From: Azolla caroliniana
Taxonomy: Eukaryota > Plantae > Polypodiophyta
Direction of reading: 5' to 3'
Length of the DNA stretch: 64,000 nt
NCBI GenBank assembly: GCA_043228905.1
Contig: JBHGNT010000009.1
Location: 1,798,001 to 1,862,000, forward strand
The stretch's first letter is position 1; every line of letters starts with the position of its first letter. Shown here in pieces: positions 39,491-51,121 of the stretch. Below the pieces are notes generated by a model. The model saw only the letters and a program-made list of their open reading frames with translations. It did no database searches and was not told where the DNA came from. The position numbers and the translations under genes are program-made.

Positions 39491-42361
39491 ATGACATGCC
39501 TATTCTCAACCTCAATATCTGTAATCAAACCAGACTGTGCGCTCCAAGCCTCCATTCCAACACCAAGAATCCATGGAAACTTGCAAACAAAGCCAATACA
39601 GGGTAAGCTTCTTTTTGTTTTTCTAAAGCAAGAAAGGGTCTCAGAGTTTCTTCTCTTTTCTGTGATCTTATCCATTATATCCTTTTCTTATTTATTTCTT
39701 AAATCAATTTGGATTCATTTAAATCTCATCATTAGGCCAACAAATCTCGATATAGCTTTTTGTTTTCTCCCTAAAAACGTCAGAGTTCTTTCAAAGTTTT
39801 CTATCCTAGAATCATTTTGGGTACTTTTAGCATTGTTTAAATCCAATTGGGCCATTTTTATTTCATCATTAGGTCAGCAAATCCGAACAGAGATTGTGCA
39901 AAATTGCATCAAAGCTGAGAGTTTGCTTGAAGCAAAGAGAGCCCATGATGATCTTCTCAAAGAGAATTCTTTTCCAGATATTTTCTTGCAAAATACCCTT
40001 ATCAACATGTATGTGAGATGTGGAAGCATAAATGATGCAATAGATGTTTTCAAAGGGATGTCTGAAAGAAATGTGTTTTCATGTACATTGATGTTGTCTG
40101 GATATGAGAAATATGGGCGTCCTGAAGAAGCAATTCGACTATTTTGGCAAATAGAGCAACAAGGTATAAATGTTGATAATGTCGCCTTTGTAACCGCCCT
40201 CAAAGCTTGCACAAAAGCACTTAACCTTGAACAAGGTAAGCTTATCCATTCCCACATAATAGTGCTCGGCATGGATATCAATACATTTGTGTACAATGCA
40301 TTGGTGGATATGTACTCGAAATGTGGTAGTATGATCGATGCTGTCCATGTGTTTGATCAGATGGATGGACGGGATGCCGTATCGTTTAATGCGATTATCT
40401 CGGCATGTGTTCAATCTGGAAATGATGCAATAGCTCTCACCTTTTTCAATCGGATGATGAGTGAAGGATTAAGGCCAGATGAGGTAACCTTTCTTTGCAT
40501 TCTTAAGTCATGTAATAGTGTTATGGATGTGGAGGGAGGAGTGAATACACATATCCATATAGTCGAATCAGGATATGAGCTGAATCGATACATTGGGAGT
40601 ATGCTTGTGGATTTTTATGCTAAACATGGGGATATGGATATTGCTTACCGATGTTTCAACAAAATTCTTGAACGAGATGTGGTATCGTGGAATGCCATGA
40701 TTGCTGGATATGCCAATCATGGGCAATCAGATGATGCTATGGTAATATATACTGGATTACAACAAGAAGGTACAGATCCTGATGAAATTACCTTTGTAAA
40801 CATTCTAAATGCATTTATTGGACCAACATGGCTTGACTATGGGAGGGAGGTTCATGCTCATGCAATTGAAGTTGGAAAAGGTTTGGATGTTTCAGTCGGC
40901 AATTCCCTTATTGACATGTATGGTGAATGTGAGAGCTTAGAAGAGGCAGTCCTAGTCTTTGCAAAGCTAAGCACTAGAAACACTGTGTCGTGGAATACAT
41001 TGATTGCATCCTATAATAATGCTGAGCATAGTGAAGAAGCAATCCAGTTATTTGAGATGATGAGTGACGAGCATGCAAAACCAAATGAAGTCACTTTTGT
41101 AAGTGCCCTTCATGCATGTTCACTAACTGGATCCTTGGAAGAAGGTAGACTCATGCATTCTCAACTGGTTTCTGCTGGCTTTGATTCTGAAATACGTGTG
41201 CAAAACACTCTTGTTGACTTGTACATTAGAAATGAATGCGTAGAGGATGCCCTTCAGGTGTTTGATTCGATACCAAAACGGGATGCTGTCTCTTGGAATG
41301 CAATGATGTCAGGTTACTTGCAACATGGGCATGCTGTTAGTGTATTAGAGATCTTTCAAGCAATGAAAGAGGATGGCGTAAATCCAACCGAAGTATCATT
41401 TGTTAGTGCTTTTAGTGCTTGCGCTACTATACCATCTTCAAAACATGGTTTTGAGATTCATGATGGTGCTATCAAAGCTGGATTTGAACGAGATATTTTT
41501 ATTGCTAGTACTATAATTGACATGTATGTAAAATGTAATCTCATATGTGATGCAAGGATTCTTTTTGACAAAATGTCGATAAAATGTACTGCTGCATGGA
41601 ACACTATCATAGCTGGATATGGTGACATTGGGGATGAAGAAGAAGCTTTGAAACTATTCTACACGATGCAGACACTAAACGAAATTCCCGATGAATTTAC
41701 CTTTGTCAGTGTTCTGAATGTTTGTGCAAGCATGTCTGCCTTGGAAGAGGGGCAATCTCTATATAGTCTCTATGTCAAGTGGGGGTATAATATGAATTTA
41801 TTCATTGCGAGTGCTCTTGTGGACATGCATGCAAAATGTGGGCTAGTAGAAGATGCACGGTATGTGTTTGAGAGAATCAAGGACCGGGACTTGTTCTTAT
41901 GGACGGTGATGGTTTCAGGATATGCTCAACACGGATATTATCAAGAAGTATTGGAGCTTTGGGAGATGTTGTTAAAAGAAGGAATAAAACCAGATGATAC
42001 TATATATGTGTCAGTGTTATCAGCATGTAGCCATGTGGGAATGGTGGACAAAGGTATTCAGTTGTTCAACTCCATGGTTCATGACCATGGGATTACTCCT
42101 ACAAATGACCATTTTGCATGCTTTATTGATCTATTGGGGCGGGCAGGTTGTTTAAATGAAGCTGAGCATATTATCAAAGAGTTGCCGATTCAGCCTGATG
42201 CCACGGTTTGGAGAACGTTACTTGGTGCTTGTTGGAACCACGGTAATCTCGAACTTGCAAAAGTCGCATCAACTCAACTACTGAAGCTTGAACCACAAGA
42301 TCCAGCAGCCTATGTGTTTTTGTCGAATACATATGCAAAAGGTTGTGTCACAACAACATGA
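39491..42361 (+). CDS. PLS-class pentatricopeptide-repeat protein, E subclass (no DYW), probable organellar RNA-editing factor
   Basis: 956-aa ORF with repeated P-L-S triplets (NALVDMYSKCGS, DVVSWNAMIAGY, PDEVTF). Ends in E-domain sequence (PDATVWRTLLGAC, AYVFLSNTYA). Probable phase-1 intron at 39603-39872 (G|GTAAGC...TTAG|GT) gives ~866 aa with a Ser/Thr-rich, transit-peptide-like N-terminus. Confidence 0.93.
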   Translation: MTCLFSTSISVIKPDCALQASIPTPRIHGNLQTKPIQGKLLFVFLKQERVSEFLLFSVILSIISFSYLFLKSIWIHLNLIIRPTNLDIAFCFLPKNVRVLSKFSILESFWVLLALFKSNWAIFISSLGQQIRTEIVQNCIKAESLLEAKRAHDDLLKENSFPDIFLQNTLINMYVRCGSINDAIDVFKGMSERNVFSCTLMLSGYEKYGRPEEAIRLFWQIEQQGINVDNVAFVTALKACTKALNLEQGKLIHSHIIVLGMDINTFVYNALVDMYSKCGSMIDAVHVFDQMDGRDAVSFNAIISACVQSGNDAIALTFFNRMMSEGLRPDEVTFLCILKSCNSVMDVEGGVNTHIHIVESGYELNRYIGSMLVDFYAKHGDMDIAYRCFNKILERDVVSWNAMIAGYANHGQSDDAMVIYTGLQQEGTDPDEITFVNILNAFIGPTWLDYGREVHAHAIEVGKGLDVSVGNSLIDMYGECESLEEAVLVFAKLSTRNTVSWNTLIASYNNAEHSEEAIQLFEMMSDEHAKPNEVTFVSALHACSLTGSLEEGRLMHSQLVSAGFDSEIRVQNTLVDLYIRNECVEDALQVFDSIPKRDAVSWNAMMSGYLQHGHAVSVLEIFQAMKEDGVNPTEVSFVSAFSACATIPSSKHGFEIHDGAIKAGFERDIFIASTIIDMYVKCNLICDARILFDKMSIKCTAAWNTIIAGYGDIGDEEEALKLFYTMQTLNEIPDEFTFVSVLNVCASMSALEEGQSLYSLYVKWGYNMNLFIASALVDMHAKCGLVEDARYVFERIKDRDLFLWTVMVSGYAQHGYYQEVLELWEMLLKEGIKPDDTIYVSVLSACSHVGMVDKGIQLFNSMVHDHGITPTNDHFACFIDLLGRAGCLNEAEHIIKELPIQPDATVWRTLLGACWNHGNLELAKVASTQLLKLEPQDPAAYVFLSNTYAKGCVTTT

Positions 42362-43555
42362 TTCCACAATGTTCCAATGTCACTCATTCACAATTCCCCG
42401 AACATTGTACCATGCCCTCATCGATGATGTATATTTTTCTGGTGGAAACAACCACACTATTGTTGGACTTGGTCTCGATGGGTATTCATGTGATGTGTTT
42501 GTTCTATGAGAGTGTGTTACTGTACACAAACCGGCCCAGTTTGGTAGCAGACAGTGTAAAGTTCCCTCATATAACTGGTCGTTTTTCATCGACGATCTGT
42601 ACAGAAACAAAAGGCGTTGAGATGTTGTACCTATGAAGAAGAAGGCTCGTAAAAGACATTTTATTCCATCCATATACAGAATTCCATGTCTTGATGGAGC
42701 AGATTATGCATAAAGTGCACCAATTTATACAATATTGTCTTTCATGTTTCGTGCTACCTATGGCACTTTTGTGTGGGTTCTCTACATTAAAACAACGATT
42801 TCACTTTCTGATGTTGCACTTCTAGCATTTCACCTTTATATGGAACAAGGTAGGTTTTCTAGATGGATTAGCTTAAAGCCATAAAGGTATGTTTTTTCAC
42901 ATGTTTGTTGTACACTAAATGTTATCACCAGACACGTGACCTACCTTTAATAATTAGGATAGATATATATACTAATGTAGATACAATCATTCTCCATTGG
43001 CTAAAGCAATATATTCATCATAAACTAGCGAGTATGTGCGCCTACTTGCAAGTTCATCACGAGTTTCATGAATACAACTGAAGTTGCATGTTTATAAACT
43101 AGGCTCCACCATATTTATCAACTAGTATATATAAAATACAGCATCACTTAGACTCTCTGCCCCTGTCTATCAACATGGCAATTTTGTATAATTCCATTTT
43201 TTATGGTTTTATGAATGAAATAACATTCCTAGCCAATTGGGCATTAGTTGCTAAATTTATTTAGAGCGCGTGCACTTCCACGAAGAATTCATAGTTAAAG
43301 TATTCCAATTTTATTCTCATTTTATGCATTCTCGTTTTGTGTAAGATCACATGGATATCTTGAAGTGCAGCAAATAAGTCCTCAAGAAATCCCCCATGAC
43401 AGTTACGAATCAAATGATGACCAATGAACAAAATTGAAGGATAGTGCAGTTGTGGTTGGTACAATTTTAAGAAAAGTATTAAAGTGCAAAATGAAAAGGA
43501 CATATTTATAAGAAAATAAATAAATAAGAGCAAGTGAGTGATTGTGAGTGTGTAA

Positions 43556-43585
43556 ATGCATGTGAATGAGATCATTCACATGCAT
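43556..43585. repeat. Perfect 14-bp inverted repeat with 2-nt spacer
   Basis: ATGCATGTGAATGA-GA-TCATTCACATGCAT. Confidence 0.85.
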
Positions 43586-44910
43586 AAATTCTAGATTCTA
43601 TTGTAAGTTGGCTTTCAACTAATTTTTGTATTTTAGCTATCTCTCACAAATTTTTGAACATGTTTTGCTTTATCACAAATGAGTATAATGTTTTTAGTAG
43701 ATGGATATGGATTGCCTTTATAGTGAAAATTATAATGATAGATTCCCAACATGAAAATGATCTTTCCTTTTGATTGATCATGGGTCTCTAAGAAAATAAC
43801 ATAGTCACATGTATTATGCAATCCTTTTAAGAGGGAGGTTACAAGTGTCCTTCGTTTCGTAATGATTCGAGTCACAAATGGGAGCCCCCTATTTTAGATC
43901 ATTTAAATGGAACCTGTTACATCCAATCTCATGCGCGAATCATTCCAATATCCAAAAGGATATAGCGAGCGTGCACATATAGTTTTGTAAAACGCTTATA
44001 TTAAAGGAGTGTAGAAATAAAAGATGCCCACCTTATGTGTTTAGATTATTATTGAAGAGCACCAAAGTTGACGTAGTCCAACGTTTATCATTTTTGTTGA
44101 GCTTGACGCCAACATGGGATGTATCGGTTGATCTTACAATGTATAATGCGTTGCGTGAACATGTAATTACTAATGTCTTGTGGTGTAGTACCTCACCAAT
44201 CAATGGTGTTCAAGCACTGAAATTGTTGAAAAGGAGATAGAACTCAAGTTGGGTCGGTACATCACATGTTTAAAAATATGAGGTTTGAAACTTTGATGCT
44301 CAAGAAGATATCAACATCGGAAGACACATTCAACACGCACACAAACCACACACACATTTTACAAATGTATTATATTAGTGAAGGAAACCTAAAAACCCAT
44401 GTTAGGTTGGAGCCAATAAAAATACAACATGAATATGACGACGGATGTCTTAAGGGACATATTAACATGAGGGTCATACACGGATTTTCAGAGAGAAAAC
44501 CTAAATAGCTGATATGGACATGGACATACATGCACATATGCAAACAAACACAAACGTTGATACCAACATGTAGCAACTCCTTTTGTGAGAGTCGATGAGA
44601 GTAACAAAACAAGTAGAGAGTCGAGACACCAGTGAGACAAACATATAGTGCCCTTTTTTACACTTGAGGGTGACTTAAAAGGGGTATTAGTAGTACTAGT
44701 AAAAAAGGAGAAGGATGAAGGGTCAAGACATAAAAAGAGAGAGGTCCGTGTAATATGTTTAGCATATTTGTTTTTTAGATTTTTTTGTTGTTTAAATTTT
44801 TTTTGAAAAAGCAAAAACAAGGGGAGGGAAAAAAAGCATCACGAGGTAATATACCCTCCTCAAAAAAGCAAAAGGAAAGAAAGAACAAGAATGATTTGTT
44901 GAGGGGCAGG

Positions 44911-44941
44911 GCATATTCGAGAGATAATGTATTGAATATTC
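44911..44941 (+). promoter_or_regulatory. Two P1BS (PHR1-binding, GNATATNC) elements upstream of the phosphatase
   Basis: GCATATTC at 44911-44918 and GAATATTC at 44934-44941, ~250-275 bp upstream of the ATG and upstream of a TATA-like run (~45015-45025). This fits the known Pi-starvation induction of the PS2/PECP1 family. Confidence 0.75.
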
Positions 44942-45185
44942 TATTACTAGTCCTACTATTGGTTATTTATGCTGGAGGATAAGTAAAAATAAATACTATG
45001 TTTATGTACGTGTGTATATATATACTCTTCCATCCGGTCCAATTCCATTCAATTCACCTGAATTCATGTGTTATATGAAGTTTGATTCCAATCCATAGTA
45101 GAGTGTCCCCCCCATTCTCCCAAATTGCACTGCTTCAATCACTCTTCTTCAATTATAATTAACATCACCATTCTAGACAACTTGT

Positions 45186-45744
45186 ATGGATACCATTGTG
45201 ATCTTCGATTTCGATTGCACTATCATCGATGTGGATAGCGATCCATGGGTAGCTGAGCAGCTGGGGCTACTCCCCATTTTCGACGAATTGAGGGCTCAGA
45301 TGCCGTGGAATGACATGATGGTAAGTAGCACCCTTCTACTACTTGTTATGTCCATGACTCCTAATCATGATTAGTAACTTGTGGTGGCCAACAACTTGTT
45401 ATGTCCATGAATCCTAATCATGATTAGTACTTGTGGTGGCCAACAACTTGTTATGTCCATGAATCCTAATCATGATTAGTGCTTGTGATCAAGAGTTTGC
45501 AAGGGTAAGGAATATGATTGGGATGTGATGGAAGGGAGGGATGATGGATGATGATGTTGGTTGTTATGGCATGACTATAGGAGGTGTTCCTTGGGGTGGT
45601 TCAGCAACAACAAGGGAGAGGAGGGGAGAGGAGTATGGTGGAAGAGGTGGTGGAGGCCCTACGTTGTGCTCCCATGCAACTCTCCAAAATCTCTACCATC
45701 CAAACTACTCATTCCCATGGGTATGCATACATACATACATACAT

Positions 45745-45779
<35 letters not shown>

Positions 45780-47573
45780 TACACATACATACATCACCCA
45801 CTCTCTTCTCAAGGCCCCCACACCTTGCCATTCACACAAACAAAATTGTGTATGTCTTTGTGCATGTGTATGGTATGTATGTTCACCATGTGTATGTTAC
45901 TTCCCCCCCCCCAAAAAAAAATATCCTTTCATTAGTTATAAAAAGTTTGTTACAAGAATGTTGACCTACCATCAAGCCCTTGGTATGCTCCATGGGTCCC
46001 CATCCCTAAAGGATAGATAGTATCAGCACTCCACGACTCAATAACCTAGTTATGTAATTGGTGGTGGGAACAACCATACTAGTGGTGCTTAGCACCACAT
46101 GGGTATGTTACTTGTTCCTAATCATTGTGAAAAGCTAGAGTGTGCTACCGACCGCTAAAGATGAGCTTATTATCATAAAAGTGATGCAGTGCATGTTTTG
46201 AGAGATAGAATAGGTAGGTATATTATCTTTCTCCCATTAGATAATTGCGCATCGAGCTGGCCATGAGACCTAGGATGAAGCTTGTGTTTTCTCGATGTTT
46301 TTATGACATTAATGCTATGGCGTAATATTATCCAAATATATTATTATGTGCATGGAATGCATTTTATTCCTTCAACCACGTGTTAGATTTTTCACTATTG
46401 AAAATCGCCACCAAACCATTCTTTAGTAAATTAGTCAAAAATTGAAACTTTGTTCTAGATGTTTGGTTTTTCACTAATGCAAATGACCACCAAAACATTC
46501 TTTAGAAAATTAGTCAAGAATTGAAACTTTGTATTGCCCAAGTGTTAAGGAAAAGTGGGGCCATTGACTACACAAGAACTCTTTCTTGAAGAATCCTTCT
46601 CTTAAAAGATAATAGATACAACAAACATGACATTGAGAACCACCTTTTAGGTAACTATTCTCCCCAATTGCTCCTCATGAGTGGAGAAAAACGTATAACA
46701 TATTGGCAAGAATACATATTTTATGTGCAATAGGCCAATAAAAGAACATTTGTTAACCCTTTTTGCTATTTTCCTCTACATACTTAAAAATGTTTTCTTA
46801 AAAGAGACATTTTCTTTTCATTTGCAGGTGTGAACTCCGTATCATTAGTGATGCTAATGCATTTTTTATCAAAACAATCCTTGATAAGTACAACGTGACC
46901 CACATGTTTAGTGAGATTCATACAAATCCGATTTATGTGGATGAGCAAGGGAGACTTCATATACAACCATTCCATCCAAAGTCCGAAGTTCCACATGGTT
47001 GCCCAAATTGCCCACCTAATATGTGCAAGGTTTATATAATCTACACCTAATTGTGATGTTGACATTATATAGTACATTATAAGACACTAGCCTTATGTTA
47101 TACCTTGGATCACAGGGAAGAATTCTCAATGAAATCTTAGTCAAAGCAACAAATGAATCGAAGAGAATAATTTACCTTGGTGATGGTCGTGGTGACTTTT
47201 GTCCCTCACTAAAGTTGCGTGAAGGCGATTGTGTCCTTCCAAGAAAAGGGTAAAAATCTCTAACAATACTACCCTTATTATTGGCATTGACAAATGTTAA
47301 CAATTGTATTGATAAAGTGATAAATATATATATATCCTTGGTCCTAGGTACCCACTGTTAGACTTGATCCTCGAGAATGTAGAAAACATTAAAGCAAGCA
47401 TTCATCCATGGGGTACCGGAGAAGAGATGGAGAAAATCTTGCTCAACTTGATTAATGTTGAACCGTTATTAGAGAATGAGCATGCATGCGTTGGAGTTAT
47501 AGGGGCAAATTGTTTACAGAGTGCCTTAGACCAATCAAATGAGGTGGTTGCAGTTACACGAGTAACGGCATAA
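45186..47573 (+). CDS. PS2: HAD-superfamily phosphatase of the PS2/PPsPase1-PECP1 (PHOSPHO1-like) family, 5 exons, ~278 aa
   Basis: Exons 45186-45320, 45581-45720, 46828-47029, 47116-47249, 47348-47573 (837 nt, open). Motifs IFDFDCTIIDVDSD, MPWN, GCELRIISDANAFFI, HGCPNCPPNMCKG and IIYLGDGRGDFCPSLKL. Exact orthology (PS2, PECP1 or ThMPase) cannot be resolved by eye. Confidence 0.9.
45341..45487. repeat. ~53-bp tandem repeat (~2.8 copies) in phosphatase intron 1
   Basis: Units start at 45341, 45394 and 45446. Each contains the palindrome CTAATCATGATTAG. Confidence 0.92.
45726..45793. repeat. (CATA)n/(CA)n compound microsatellite at the start of phosphatase intron 2
   Basis: Direct inspection. 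Confidence 0.93.
46389..46535. repeat. Imperfect ~79-bp direct duplication in phosphatase intron 2
   Basis: TTTTCACTA...CACCAAA.CATTCTTTAG.AAATTAGTCAA.AATTGAAACTTTGT occurs twice. Confidence 0.75.
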
Positions 47574-49062
47574 AAAGTGTCTTTTTTCCTCATTATCATA
47601 CCATTCAAAATAATCATCGTGTGTAACTAATTAATGTGTGGAAGTTGTCATGCACAAATCAAGACTAATAATTATGAAAAGTAATCCCATAGTGTTTGCC
47701 TTCACTTAGGCTTTTTATGTAAGTGGATTTTTGTATCATGTAAAGAAAGAAATGATAATACAATTGTCAATTTCCATTGGAAGTATGATCACACATATAC
47801 TATATCATATATGATATATCTTCTTTCCATATGACATGGCAACACATATTTATTCCCAATTTGTACATTATAACGTTGAATCCATAATGTTGACTCAAGT
47901 ATTGCATGATTATCATTCATTCTCTCATATACACATTCATTTGTTACAAGTTCTCTATGTTGAAGCCTTGTCTTATCGGATAAGTTAAAATGGCATGTTA
48001 CCAATAAACCCTATACCCTTAAAAACAGCCTCTTATGTTCAACAAGAGTAACGGTTTTGCTTTTCCAAAGTAAAAATATATTGTCAACCTATGATAGCAA
48101 GTCTAGGACAAAGATTTTCATCAAAATACTATGTCTTTTAAAGAATCTTAACAAGTGTGTTTTTTTTCCACTTCTACATGTTTAATTGGCTTTTTATATA
48201 TTATTTGCCCATTGTTTCATATCTTCTATGCGAGTTTTGTGTGAACTAAACATATAAGAAAACTCAAAGAGGTTCACCAAAGAAACTATCCATGAGTGGT
48301 TAGTTTTTTAATCATTGACACTTCATGTAGGTTTTACTTATTTGTTGTTTATAGATTTATAATAAACACAAACTTAAAGGAACAAAACTATATTATATAA
48401 CAAGAAATACTGAGCCCATACTATTGTGTATCATTAATGTAAAGTTACAAATTACATACATCATGAACTACATGTTGAGTATAAATTATGATATTGAAAT
48501 GCAAGACTTGGATGTTTATTATTTTAAGGCAAAGAAATAGCACCATGTCACAAAATCGCAAGCCATAATGAGCAACAAAAAGCATGACCTAATCATAAAC
48601 AATCTAGGAGGTTGTAGACAATTGCAAACAGTTTCCATTTGGATACATGATACATTTGTTGCTTACAAACACACTCACACACTAAAGCAAATCCATTTGT
48701 ACTCCATACATGAACACATAACGGAAACAAGTTAATGTTGTGGTTCTTGGCACAAATTTATGGGTGAATCAAACTTTATCGACATAAAAGTTAACAAACA
48801 TTGAAATTCCCAACATCATTCGCATGCTGAAAGCATGTTTTACAAATGCAAACCATTAAAAGATTTACTTTCACAGTTTCCAAAGGGTGTCATTGCATAG
48901 GATTTTATGCTAGAATGTCCAGGCTTTTGATTCACTCGGTATGAGAGCAATCAATCAAAAGAATTGTAATTTGGTCAATCGTTACAAAATAACAAGCTTT
49001 GACTGCTCTTAATTCATAGAAGCATTGAAATTTTGGCAATGCCAGCATACACATGCATATGC

Positions 49063-49098
<36 letters not shown>

Positions 49099-51121
49099 AC
49101 ATGTATATTATCGAGATATTGTATGTAGGCATTGTGGCATTGTTTTCAACAATTTAAATCTCATGAAAAGAGTCAAAGCAAACTCTAGTCAAACGAACTT
49201 TAGTGGGTGGTGAAAAAATACTGTTTAGGGAAGAATTCATTGAGAAATGAGAAACATTCAAAACCTATGTCCAAAATATATAGTACCTCAAGGGCCAACT
49301 TTGTCTTGTAGTTATTATTGATGACTCATGACCTCTCATTCAGCTTGGACCCTCATTAGATCTAGCTTTACTCCTCTCGACTTGGAACTCTTTGTGTCAA
49401 AAAGTTAATAAAACTAGGTTTAAGTTATAAAATGGCAAAGTTTCTACTTTCAACTCCCATATGTGGATAATATGGATGAGATGGCCTATTGAATATGGTT
49501 TTGTAAATTTTAGAAAGTCAACAATACTTTTTAGTAATCACTTTGGACGGTATGAAGACATGCTTTGTCTTTCAATCTCATTGAGAGACCTAAAAAAATA
49601 TGTGTATTTGCTCATAAGAATCATGGATCAACAATATGGATAGGAAATTAAATAATGATGTTATACATTGACCCTTTGGGCTTTTGGCAGATGCAACTAA
49701 TTTTCTATATTCCACTATTCTTTAATGATGGGCCCAATTTAGCACAACCAATCATCAGTTTCCATGATATGCTATTAACCCAAACTTGTCTCCTTCGCGT
49801 TGTTTCAATGCACACCATGGTATCTATCAACCACTCATGAATGAATCATGCACCATCCAATCAATATTAGCCACTTTACATAGCACAATGTCCGCGCTAA
49901 GCAATTTCCTTCTCTCATCATGCCTACCTTGGGCACAACCAATTATTTCTCCACTATGTGTGACACTATTTGAGAGCCAAGTTTCAACCCTTTCAATATT
50001 TATCAAGCATGACTACATCATCCCATCCACTTCTAGGTCGTCATGGTTTTTTGACAAACATATGTCAATGGGTTGGAAATTCAGCTCGCTATTCTATACA
50101 GAAATAACAGCTCTCTCACCCTCTCTATCTAGAAGTTTGAACCGGGGTCCATTAGAATGCTCTAGAATGTATCAATCAAAGCACATTTCCTAAATGAATA
50201 CAAACACTTATTAATAAGTAAAGGATTCTCACAAGGACAAGGCACAATCATTTCCATGGCGATAACATACATATGCTCAATATTTACAACGACCATTTTA
50301 GTGGTTTTAATATATCCAATTTTGAACATAATTGGTGTGCATGTGTTTCTTATGTGCATTTCACAATAAGAAAGATAGATTTGCATTAATCCAAAACATT
50401 TTGGACATTCAAACTTTGACTTAAGACAACTTTAAATGTTCTTGCAGTAAAGATCTACATAGACACATATGTGTATATATTACATCAATATACCGTCTCT
50501 GTTGAAAGTCTTCCAACTTTGGGGCACTGATATATGTCACTTCCTTTCAGTCATTTATTGCGAGTTTTTACCTTGCATTGACTTATCACAACACCAATAT
50601 AATGCAAGAGAAAAAGATAGAGATATATCCTTAAAATCCATATGAGATCTTTGGGATGAAACCAAGGGCATTACAAGAATCAAACTTGGATTAAAGGCAA
50701 TAATAGCGCCATATTAAATCCAAGGTTTTTGTTGTTGGAGTGAAGTTTGTTAAACATAAAATGAAGCCAAAAATGTGTACAACTGATCCAAGACTCTGTA
50801 CAAGAGCTTGATTACACTATTTGAATGTTGGAAACTTATTGGACAGAGAGAGAGAGAGAGAGGGAAGAAAATCTTAAAGGTTAAAGGATACAAATGTGGG
50901 AATGTGATTTCTATACAACAGGTAAATTTTATACACAATTTTTTTGTGGCAGCCAATCAATGGCTCTCTTTTGCGGACAAACATGCTGGTCGATTATTGA
51001 TCGACACTCTTTAGTCTAACGACATGTATGCCGATCCCACTTCAACCCCCATATAACCAAAAGAATGGACAAAGAATATCATGGAATGTAATATGAATGA
51101 AATATAATGGTCAGTGAGAAA

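Noticed and set aside
45541-46020. ORFs with HTYI/THTH repeats (also 51969-52286)
   Set aside because: Translations of (CATA)n/(CA)n microsatellites inside introns.
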